Assembly (NCBI GenBank): GCA_963746915.1
Contig: CAVVDD010000011.1
Location: 34,834-98,833, forward strand
Length of the DNA stretch: 64,000 bases
Source: an uncultured Bacteroidota bacterium
Lineage (GTDB): Bacteria > Bacteroidota > Bacteroidia > Chitinophagales > Chitinophagaceae
Reading direction: 5' to 3'
The notes beneath the pieces were generated by a model, which had not been told where the DNA came from, made no database searches, and was given only the letters and a program-made list of their open reading frames with translations. The position numbers and the translations under genes are program-made. This document shows, piece after piece, positions 53,533 to 63,221 of the stretch. Position 1 is the stretch's first letter. The number at the start of each line of letters is the position of its first letter.

Positions 53533-54581
53533 TTAACTTGCAGGTTCCTGTTGGCTTAAACAATGAAAACTTCCCAAGCCCCAGATAATTTCAGTAGAAT
53601 CAATGCCAATAACTTCTCGCTCAGAAAAACATTCAGAAATTATTTGCAATGCCTCGATCGTCTTTTTCGCAGTTAAAGATAGGAACAATTACGTATTTAT
53701 TGCAAATAAAAAAATTGGCATAGCTGCAGGGAAGACGTTGACCTTCATACTCCAAATGATCTGGCATGGGAAGTTCAACAATGTTTAATTGCTTGCCATT
53801 CAGCAAACGCATTGTTCTTAAGTTGTTTGAGATTTTTTTCAAGCAGTGCATGGTTTTCGTCGTTTACATTTTCTTCAACCACGGTAATTACCGTATCCTC
53901 ATTTACGAAACGAACCGTGTCATCAATATGTCCGTCAGTATCATCTCCTACGATCCCTTCATCTACCCAAAGCACTTGTTCCTGCCCGTAATAGTTGTAC
54001 AAATATTCTTCGATCTGTTTTTGATTTAAATGAGGATTACGATTTTGATTCAATAAACAAAGAGTGGAGGTTATTACGGTTCCTTTTCCATTAAAATCTA
54101 CTGAACCACCTTCCATAATAATTCCGGGATGATAAACAGGAATATTATAATGCTGTGCAATTTTAGTCGGAATAATATCATCCAGGTCACAGGGTAAATA
54201 TTTTCCGCCCCATGCATTATAATTCCAGTCAACAATTATTTTTTTTATATCAGCATTGGGATTTATTAAAAATGCAGGACCATGATCACGACACCATGCA
54301 TCGTTGGTTGGATGAAAGAAAAATTCTACTTGTGCCAGGTCCACACCTTCTTTTTGCAAGCAGCTTATTGCAAAAGCTTTCATCGCTTCATCATTCACAT
54401 TGATGCGAACTTTTTCACTTTGCGCCAAATATTTTACAAAGCGGCTATAGAAAGGATAAATAGTATGAATCTTTCCGGGCCATGATGCTTCTTTATGAGG
54501 CCAGCTTAGCCAGGTGGCAACATGTGGAGCAAATTCAGCGGGGAAATAGTAACCGAGATCTTTGGGGGTGGGAGACGACAT
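53533..54581 (-). pseudogene. aguA: agmatine deiminase, 2 frameshifts in the 3' third
   Basis: PAEFAPHVATWLSWPH, NDAWCRDHGP, VDFNGKG, DTDGHIDD. Continuation LPCSYANFFICNKYVIVP (track 53633..53851). My reading of the last piece is LQIISECFSEREVIGIDSTEIIWGLGSFHCLSQQEPAS*. Confidence 0.8.
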
Positions 54582-54715
54582 AACAAAATTCTTTTCTATA
54601 GGTTTTTAATTTAGATAAACACTCAACAATCAATGTTCAATATTCAATTTTCAAATGTGGAACTGTACTTTTAACGACTTGATCGTTGAGTGTTGATTAT
54701 TGAATGTTGAATATT

Positions 54716-55591
54716 TTATTCTTCATCAATAAATCTTTGGGTAATTGGTTGATATGAATCAATTCTTCTGTCTCTTAAAAATGGCCAATGAGTTCTGAAA
54801 AAGTCTGTCTTTTCAGTATCAATTTCCACTACAGCTACTTCTTCATTATCATGAGATGCTTTATATATTAAAGTGCCAAAAGGATTGCTTACAAATGAGC
54901 CACCCCAGAATTTCATAGCTCCATCTTGTTCCAAACCAACTCTGTTTACACTTACTACATGCACACCATTGGCAACTGCATGACTGCGCTGAATCGTTTG
55001 CCATGCGTTGTATTGTTCTGTATTTGTTGCTTCATCTTGTGAAGTAGCCCAACCAATAGCCGTTGGATAAAATAAAATTTCTGCACCCATCAATGAAGTA
55101 ATTCTTGCAGCTTCGGGATACCATTGATCCCAGCAGATCAGCACACCAAATGTTGCATATTTTGTTTTGAAAACTTTATAGCCAAGATCACCGGGAGTGA
55201 AATAGAATTTTTCATAGTAAGCAGGATCATCAGGTATATGCATCTTGCGGTACTTGCCGAGATAAGAACCATCGGCATCTAATACTGCAGTAGTATTGTG
55301 ATAAATGCCCTGTGCTCTTTTTTCAAACAGAGATGCAATGATCACTACATTTAATTCTTTTGCCAGTTTGCTCAATGCATCTGAAGATGGACCAGGTATC
55401 GGTTCAGCCAATTTGAAATTTTCATAATCTTCCACATCGCAGAAATAAAGAGAGGTAAACAATTCCTGCAAGCAAACGATCTGTGCACCCTTTGCAGCAG
55501 CTTCTTTTACTTTTTCTATTGCCTTTTGCAAATTCGCTTCTTTATTGCTCGAACAACTCATCTGCACCAAACCAACTTTTACTTTTGACAT
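54716..55591 (-). CDS. aguB: N-carbamoylputrescine amidase (carbon-nitrogen hydrolase family)
   Basis: Nitrilase-superfamily E-K-C triad context (CLQELF..., YRKMHIPD, GVLICWDQWYPE). Sits next to aguA. Confidence 0.85.
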   Translation of the reverse strand: MSKVKVGLVQMSCSSNKEANLQKAIEKVKEAAAKGAQIVCLQELFTSLYFCDVEDYENFKLAEPIPGPSSDALSKLAKELNVVIIASLFEKRAQGIYHNTTAVLDADGSYLGKYRKMHIPDDPAYYEKFYFTPGDLGYKVFKTKYATFGVLICWDQWYPEAARITSLMGAEILFYPTAIGWATSQDEATNTEQYNAWQTIQRSHAVANGVHVVSVNRVGLEQDGAMKFWGGSFVSNPFGTLIYKASHDNEEVAVVEIDTEKTDFFRTHWPFLRDRRIDSYQPITQRFIDEE

Positions 55592-55613
55592 TATTATATT
55601 TTTAAAATAAAAA

Positions 55614-55705
55614 TGCTCCGAAAAAATCCGGAGCCTGCCTACCGGTAGGCAGGCAAATGTAATTAAAAGACCTCACCTCTCGTTCTCCTCTCCGAAGGAG
55701 AGGAG
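55614..55705 (-). terminator. cluster of three strong hairpins downstream of ilvA (operon end)
   Basis: gctccg...cggagc (55614..55634), perfect palindrome gcctgcctaccggtaggcaggc (55633..55654) and ctcctctcc-gaa-ggagaggag (55685..55705). A T-run follows on the minus strand (tccggattttttt). Confidence 0.55.
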
Positions 55706-55795
55706 AGGCCGGGCTTTGGTACAAAAATTATCTTCTGTAATTAAGCATTTTGGCTTGAGAATATTGCTGAATAAGCAGAGAGGTTATATAAGTTA

Positions 55796-55839
55796 GGGCT
55801 GTGTTTTGATAAGCCCCCTTTAGGGGGTTTGGGGGTTAA
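55796..55839. repeat. short repeat family B overlapping the ilvA stop codon
   Basis: ggctgtgttttgataagccccctttagggggtttgggggttaa. Second copy at 61365..61405. Confidence 0.8.
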
Positions 55840-57082
55840 ACAAGATAACTGAATAGTGTATTATCCTTACTCAATTCAGTATATCCAATATGATATTTAT
55901 TCAGATTATTTAGGAGAGCATCATAATCTTCGCGACTCTTCAATTCAATTCCAACCAGTGCCGGTCCTGCTTCCTTATTATTCTTTTGCATGTACTCAAA
56001 TCGTGTAATATCATCAGTGGGACCAAGTACATTGTTTACAAATTCTTTTAATGCACCGGGACGTTGTGCAAAGTTGATCAGGAAATAATGTTTAAGTCCT
56101 TCATATTGCAGGCTTCTTTCTTTGATCTCCTGCATGCGATCAATATCATTGTTGCTTCCACTTACAATGCAAACAACAGTTTTGCCTTTTATTTCATCTG
56201 GCATAATCATCCAATGCGGCAATAGATAATGCACCTGCAGGTTCAACCACGATCGCATCTTCATTATATAATTTCAAAATGGTTGAACAAACTTTTCCTT
56301 CAGGTACAAGATGCATATCATCCAATACTTCTTTGCAAATAGGAAAAGTAATATCACCAACTCTTTTTACAGCAGCACCATCAACAAAACGATCAATGTT
56401 ATCCAGCGTAACAGGATGACCGGCTTTCAATGCTTCATACATTGAAGGTGCACCTTCAGGTTCCAGTCCAATGATCTTTGTTTTTGGTGAATATGTTTTG
56501 AAATAAGAACCAACGCCTGCACACAATCCGCCACCGCCAATCGGAAGAAATAAATAATCGATATAGTTGAGATCTTCCAGTATCTCAACTCCAACTGTTC
56601 CCTGTCCTTCAATGATCCTGTGATCATCAAAAGGAGGAATGAAGATCATGCCATTTTCTTCTGTATATTTTTTTGCAGCTAATGGCGCAATCATCAAATG
56701 TATCACCGACCAGTTTTATTTCCACATTGCTCATCGCCATACATTTTGTGTTTGTTTCACTTTCTGATTAGGCGTGATGATTGGCATGAATACAACACCT
56801 TTTGCATTTAGTTTTTTGCAACTGAATGCAAATCCCTGTGCATGATTACCGGCACTGGCACAAACAACACCTCTATCCAATTGTTCTTTTGGCAGGCTGC
56901 TCATCATATTATAGGCGCCGCGTAGTTTATAACTTCGTACTACCTGCAGATCTTCCCGTTTCAAAAAAACATTACAATGATATTTCTTCGAAAGATTAGT
57001 GCTTGACTGCAAAGGAGTTTTTGTTACAACTTTTTTTAATCGTAACGCTGCGCCTGCAAAATCTAACCCGCCGCTCCGCCAT
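55836..57082 (-). pseudogene. ilvA: threonine ammonia-lyase (biosynthetic threonine dehydratase), at least 3 frameshifts
   Basis: [34 protein letters not shown], and a C-terminal ACT-like domain (55836..56264). ATG at 57082 gives MAERR, then [20 protein letters not shown] after removing one G from the G3 run at 57067..57069. Confidence 0.8.
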
Positions 57083-57091
57083 ATGGCGGAG
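57074..57091. repeat. perfect 18-nt palindrome containing the inferred ilvA start codon
   Basis: ctccgccatatggcggag. Compare ctccgcctaggtggag at 31205..31220. Confidence 0.8.
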
Positions 57092-57167
57092 AGCTTTGAA
57101 TGATTTCATTTATTTGAGATTACTTTTTCCATTTCAATTTTCTAATGGTGTATTTTATGCAACTGCT

Positions 57168-58264
57168 TCAGTCTTTTTTCCCTGCCTGCCGGTAGGCAGG
57201 TTTTCTGTTTTTGCCGGTTGATTTTCCGGACGCAATGAATCGAACAGTTTTACCTGCCTGCCACAATTCACTTTCACGTAATTCTTTTAATTCAACTTCC
57301 AGTTTTTCGCGATAATCAGCTTTGACTATTGCTATCAATTGAACGCTGACTTTCTTTACCTGCTGCAACACTTTCATATAATTCTTTAAATACCGGTGCT
57401 GTTGCATCACGGAATTTTTTCCACCAATCCAATGCACCACGTTGTGCAGTAGTTGAACAGTTGGCATACATCCAATCCATTCCATTCTCTGCAACCAATG
57501 GCATCAATGATTGTGTTAACTCTTCAACTGTTTCATTAAATGCTTCAGAAGGAGAGTGTCCTTTGTCACGCAATACCTGGTATTGCGCAGCAAAAATTCC
57601 CTGTATAGCACCCATCAATGTTCCTCTTTCACCAGTAAGATCAGAATAAACTTCTTTTTTGAAATCTGTTTCAAATAAATAACCGCTACCAACAGCAATA
57701 CCCAAGTGCAATCACTCTTTCAAATGCTTTACCGGTTGCATCCTGGAAAATAGCATAAGAACTATTCAATCCACGACCTTGTAAAAACATTCTGCGTAGA
57801 GAAGTTCCTGAACCTTTTGGCGCAACTAAGAATACATCCACATCTTTTGGAGGAATAATACCTGTTTGCTCATTGAACGTAATACCAAAACCATGAGAAA
57901 AATATAATGCCTTACCCGGAGTTAAATGTTTTTTTACAGTTGGCCATAATTGCAATTTGTGCAGCATCACTCAACAGGTAACAAATAATAGTACCACGTT
58001 GCAATGCTTCTTCAATTTCAAATAATGTTTCGCCGGGCACAAAACCATCACGAACCGCTTTATCCCAGGTCTTGGAATTTTTACGTTGACCAACGATCAC
58101 ATTGATACCATTATCTTTTTGGTTCAATGCCTGGCCGGGACCCTGCACGCCATAACCAATTACTGCTACAGTTTCATTTTTTAATACTTCCTGTGCTTTT
58201 GCCAGTGGAAATTCTTCACGGGTTACAACGTTTTCTTCGTGCCGCCGAAATTTAATTTTGCCAT
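57168..58264 (-). pseudogene. ilvC: ketol-acid reductoisomerase, about 3-4 frameshifts (3' end uncertain, 57155-57210)
   Basis: N-terminus MAKLNFGGTKENVVTREEFP...VAVIGYGVQGPGQALNQKDNG. Also LLSDAAQ, FSHGF and GIAVGSGYLFETDFKKEVYSDLTGERG. Confidence 0.8.
57181..57200. repeat. palindromic repeat family A (second copy)
   Basis: cctgcctgccggtaggcagg versus cctgcctaccggtaggcagg at 55634..55653. Confidence 0.75.
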
Positions 58265-58332
58265 TGTATATGTTTTAAATTTTAGAAATTTTGTTTTTAT
58301 GTTGTCAACTTTATTACTACTATTAAGCTTTT

Positions 58333-58374
58333 CTTGCGTCGCACTCTTGTACTTTATCAATTCTATTCAGCATC
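58333..58374 (+). repeat. short intergenic repeat family C (ilvN-ilvC spacer)
   Basis: cttgcgtcgcactcttgtactttatcaattctattcagcatc. There is a 16/16 identical core with 31331..31346. Confidence 0.65.
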
Positions 58375-58404
58375 TTCAACCTAAGTCTCCCCTTAGTGGA
58401 CAGG

Positions 58405-58993
58405 TTACATACTAAACACTTTCTCATTCTCACTCAAAAATTCATTTTCTACTACTTCTTCTCCCGGTTCTTTGTATTCAAATTCTTTTAATTTTTTATG
58501 AAAGCCATCACTGTTCTTTTATAATCGCCACTCTTGCACTGCGGACAAATTCAATTAATCCATATGGTTCCAGAACTTTAATCAGAGTATCAGTTTCTTC
58601 CCGCTGACCGGTTATTTCAAATACGGTATAATCTTTTCTGATCACTACGCTTTTGCGCCATACTCGCGTAGCAATCGTTCTACTTTTACTTTTTCGGCAA
58701 TAATCATCAGTAGGTACTTTATAAAAGCCAGTTCCTGCCAGACGATTTCTTCATTGGTATTGTAATATGCTTTTAATACTTCTACCTGTTTTTCAATTTG
58801 GCGGCAAAGTTTGCGTACTACATCTTCGTTTCATTAATGACAATTGTAAAGCGATGTATACTTTCAATTTCAGATGGAGAAGTATTCAGACTTTCAATAT
58901 TTATCTTTCTGCGGGAAAATATGATCGCTATACGGTTCAGTAAACCAATCTGGTTTTCTGTGTAAACGTTATTGTATATTCTTGCTTAGTCAT
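58405..58993 (-). pseudogene. ilvN: acetolactate synthase small (regulatory) subunit, at least 4 frameshifts
   Basis: No ORF of 60 aa or more survives. My piecewise reading: MTKQEYTIT/VYTENQIGLLNRIAIIFSRRKINIESLNTSPSEIESIHRFTIVINET/EDVVRKLCRQIEKQVEVLKAYYNTNEEIVWQELAFYKVPT/.../TVFEITGQREETDTLIKVLEPYGLIEFVRSARVAIIKE. Confidence 0.65.
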
Positions 58994-59062
58994 ATTCTTT
59001 TATTTTAATCAAAGTGTATTCGACTTAAGTCATCCGCTTTAGCGTGACAGTCGGTTTAAATT

Positions 59063-60817
59063 TCATTCTTTACTCAATACAACTTCAGCAACACCGCAAC
59101 CCTGCGGCACCATCGGAAATACATTGTTTTCTTTTCCTACCATTACTTCCAGTAAATAAGCTCCTTTATGATCCAGCATTTCTTTCAATGCATTCTTCAA
59201 ATCTTCTCTTTTGCAAATACTTTTTCCTTCAATACCATAACCTTTTGCCACCATTACAAAATCCGGACTGTGTAATATCTACAAATGAATATCGTTTTTC
59301 ATGAAACAATTCCTGCCACTGGCGTACCATTCCTAGAAATTGATTATTAAGAATAATGATCTTTACATCTAGGTTCGAATTGCATGATGGTTCCTAATTC
59401 CTGTATCGTCATTTGAAAACCACCATCACCAATGATCGCAACAACTGTTCTGTCCGGTGCACCATAACTTTGCACCAATTGCTGCAGGCAATGCAAAACC
59501 CATTGTGCCCAATCCGCCACTGGTAATATTGCTTTTTGACTTGATTGATATTTTGCATAACGGCAAGCTACCATCTGGTGCTGACCAACATCGGTTACAA
59601 TCACTGCATCACCTTTTGTTAATTCATTCAGATGCATTAATTACTTCACCCATTGTCAGAACTATCTGTAGCAGGATTCATTTCTGCCTTAATACATTTT
59701 TCTTCTTCCTTCTTCATGCAATCATTAAACTTCTGCAACCATTGCGGATAAACTTTCTGTTCAACCAGTTCAGTAAGCAATGGTAATGTTTCTTTACAAT
59801 CACCCCATACAGGTACAGTTGTTTTTACATTCTTATCAATTTCAGAAGGATCAATATCAAGATGAATCACTTTTGCCTGCTTTGCATATTTATCCAAGTC
59901 GGCCGGTAACACGATCATCGAAACGCATACCGATTGCGATCAATACATCACATTCATTGGTCAAAACATTTGGACCATAATTTCCATGCATACCCAGCAT
60001 GCCAACTCCAAGTGGATGATCAGTTGGAATGGCACTCATACCCAGTGATGGTCCATGCAGCAGGGATGCCCGCTTTCTCAATAAATTTTTGAAATTCTTT
60101 TTCTGCTTTTCCAAGAATAACACCTTGTCCAAAAATTACAAATGGTTTTTCAGCTTCATTGATCAGTTTCGCTGCTTCTTCAATATATTCTTTGCGTACA
60201 ATTGGTTTTGGACGATAGCTTCGGATATGTTCACATTTTTCATATCCTTCATAATCGAATTTTTGTAACTGTGCATTTTTTGTAATGTCAATCAACACCG
60301 GGCCCGGCCTTCCGCTTTCTGCAATATAAAATGCTTTTGCCAATACTGACGGAATTTCAGTTGCATCAGTTACCTGGTAATTCCATTTGGTAACAGGAGT
60401 AGTAATATTTATTACATCTGTTTCCTGGAATGCATCAGTACCCAACAAATGCGCAAACACCTGTCCTGTGATACATACAACAGGAGTGGAGTCGATCATT
60501 GCATCGGCTAAGCCTGTTACAAGATTTGTAGCACCGGGACCACTGGTTGCAAATACCACACCCAGTTCTCCCGACTCGTTCTTGCATAACCCTGTGCTGC
60601 ATGTATAGCTCCCTGCTCATGACGAACCAGATATATGTTTAAGCTTATCATGATAATCATACAATGCATCATAGATCGGCATGATAGCGCCACCGGGATA
60701 ACCAAAAATGGTTTCAACACCTTCAGCAACAAAAGCTCTCAATACTGCTTCGCTACCTGAAATATTTTCGATAGCTGCTTTTGTTTTTTTCTCTTTGGTT
60801 AATTCAAGTGTTTCCAT
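59063..60817 (-). pseudogene. ilvB: acetolactate synthase large subunit, about 7 frameshifts
   Basis: Eight overlapping track fragments. [104 protein letters not shown]. Confidence 0.85.
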
Positions 60818-60827
60818 AAAAAATAAT

Positions 60828-61319
60828 TTATTTTCTGTAAAAACCTAACATATCAGTTGAACCAACATCGGTAAATCCTACCTGTCTCAGCATTGTAACC
60901 AATTGTCCACGGTGATAGGTAGAATGATTGAACACATGAGCAAAGACCTGGTAATGGGGCATCTCATACCTGTCACCATTTAATCTTCTAAAAACTAATT
61001 TGTCCATTAGTGCTTCTTCGTTAAAACCTTCAACAAATTTTTTCAATCCTGCCGAAGCATTTTTCCATAACCCGATCACTTCATTTCTTGTTCCTTTAAA
61101 AACTGATTGCAACCACACAGGCGACTCTGCTTTCTTCAATCTTTCCAGCCATATCGTTTCAGCACTTGTAATATGCAATACTGTTTCTGCTATACTATTA
61201 AAACTGCTTACAACATGTTTTTCCCATTGCTCATCAGTGATATTATTTATCCATGACAGAACAATATCATTTGCCCAAATATTATAATCAGCTACTTCTA
61301 AAAAATATTGTTTTGTCAT
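60828..61319 (-). CDS. DinB-family (four-helix-bundle, metal-binding) protein
   Basis: YNIWANDIV..., ETVLHITSAE..., HVFNHSTYHRGQLVTMLRQVG. 163 aa, uninterrupted, lying between ilvD and ilvB. Confidence 0.75.
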   Translation of the reverse strand: MTKQYFLEVADYNIWANDIVLSWINNITDEQWEKHVVSSFNSIAETVLHITSAETIWLERLKKAESPVWLQSVFKGTRNEVIGLWKNASAGLKKFVEGFNEEALMDKLVFRRLNGDRYEMPHYQVFAHVFNHSTYHRGQLVTMLRQVGFTDVGSTDMLGFYRK

Positions 61320-61364
61320 TTATTTCGTAATTCATTTGTTCAAACCTTGTGCTCTTCGAAAAGT

Positions 61365-61405
61365 GGCCGTGTTCCTGCAAGCCCCCTTAGGGGGTTTGGG
61401 GGTTA
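61365..61405. repeat. short repeat family B overlapping the ilvD stop codon
   Basis: ggccgtgttcctgcaagcccccttagggggtttgggggtta. Same register relative to the TAA stop as the copy at ilvA. Confidence 0.8.
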
Positions 61406-63092
61406 TTCATCAGTTACACATCCTTCGCTTGCATCTTTTACACATCTTGCATATTTATATAAAACACCTTTTGTTGCTTTCAATTCTGGTTGTTTCCAAT
61501 TTGCCTTTCTCTTTTTGCAATTTCTTCATCACTTACTTTTAATGTGATCGTATTTTTTGTTACATCAATTTCAATAACGTCATCATCATCTACAAACGCG
61601 ATCAATCCACCTTCATATGCTTCAGGTGTAATATGTCCGACAACAAATCCATGTGTGCCTCCACTAAATCTTCCATCTGTGATCAATGCAACATGATTTT
61701 CCCAAACCTGCACCAATGATCGCTGAAGTTGGTTTCAGCATTTCAGGCATACCCGGTGCACCTTTCGGTCCTACATTTCTTATTACAACAACATCACCTG
61801 CTTTTACTTTTCCAGCTTTGTATTCCCGCAATCAATTCATGTTCACCATCAAATACTCTTGCAGGTCCTTCAAATTTTTCTCCTTCTTTACCAGTGATCT
61901 TTGCAACACTTCCTTTCTCAGCAAGATTGCCATACAGAATTTGCAGATGCCCGGTTTCTTTCAATGGCTGCTCTAATGGATAAATAATTTTCTGTGCCTT
62001 AAAATCAAGATCAGGAACACCTGCTAAATTTTCTGCAACCGTTTTACCGGTTACTGTCAAACAATCGCCATGCAGCAAACCTTTCTGCAATAAATATTTC
62101 ATTACTGACGGAAGTACCACCATATTGATGCAAGATCCTGCATCAGATATTTTCCAGAGGGTTTGAAATCTGCAAGCACGGGTACTTTATCACTGATGGT
62201 TTGAAAATCATCCTGTGTTAAATTAACATCAACACTATCTTGCCATTGCGATCAAATGCAATACTGCATTTGTGCTTCCACCCAATACCATGATCACGGT
62301 GATCGCATTTTCAAATGCTTTGCGTGTCATGATATCTGATGGGCTTAATATCTTTTTCCAGCAATAATCTGAATCGCTTTACCTGCATTCAAACATTCTT
62401 TTTTCTTGTCTTCACTTAATGCAGGATTAGAAGAAGAATAAGGTAAACTCATTCCCAATGCTTCAATGGCAGATGCCATTGTGTTTGCCGTGTACATACC
62501 ACCACATGCACCTGCACCCGGACATGAATGCTGTACAATTTCTTTAAAATCTTCTTCATTTAAATGTGCCTGCAATTTTTTGTCCCAATGCTTCAAATGC
62601 AGAAACAATATTCAGGTCTTGTCCTTTATAATGTCCCGGCTGCAATTGTTCCTCCATACACCATGATCGAAGGACGATTCAATCTTCCCATTGCAATGAC
62701 AGAACCCGGCATATTCTTATCGCAACCCGGTATTGCAATCAATGCATCATAATATTGAGCACCGCAAACTGTTTCAATTGAATCAGCAATGATATCACGG
62801 CTTACCAATGAATAACGCATACCATCTGTTCCATTGCTGATACCATCACTTACACCAATCGTATTAAAGATCAAACCCACCAGATCATTATCCCACACAC
62901 CTTGTTTCACTATTTTCGCCAGGTCATTCAGATGCATGTTGCAGGTATTGCCATCATAGCCCATACTCACAATACCTACCTGTGCTTTTTTCAGATCATC
63001 TTCTGTTAAACCAATGCCATACAACATTGCCTGTGCTGCAGGTTGTGTCGGATCCTGTGTAATTGTTTTTGAATATTTATTTAGTTCGTCAT
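61403..63092 (-). pseudogene. ilvD: dihydroxy-acid dehydratase, at least 6 frameshifts
   Basis: [83 protein letters not shown]. My reading of the C-terminus is [31 protein letters not shown]. Confidence 0.85.
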
Positions 63093-63160
63093 TTCTATTT
63101 TTACTTGTACTCCGAAGCTTTAGCGTAAGTATGTTATCAGCTTTGTTCTACTATCATCTT

Positions 63161-63200
63161 TCGTTGCGTCACTCACTTGTACGTTCTGTCATTATTCAAC
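63161..63200 (+). repeat. short intergenic repeat family C (ilvE-ilvD spacer)
   Basis: tcgttgcgtcactcacttgtacgttctgtcattattcaac, related to 58333..58374. Confidence 0.55.
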
Positions 63201-63221
63201 AAATATCACGGAGGCACTGCG

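Noticed and set aside
59372-59380. tRNA T-arm-like ggttcgaat
   Set aside because: Lies inside the ilvB coding sequence, and no acceptor or anticodon arms can be drawn around it. I found no tRNA elsewhere in the window.
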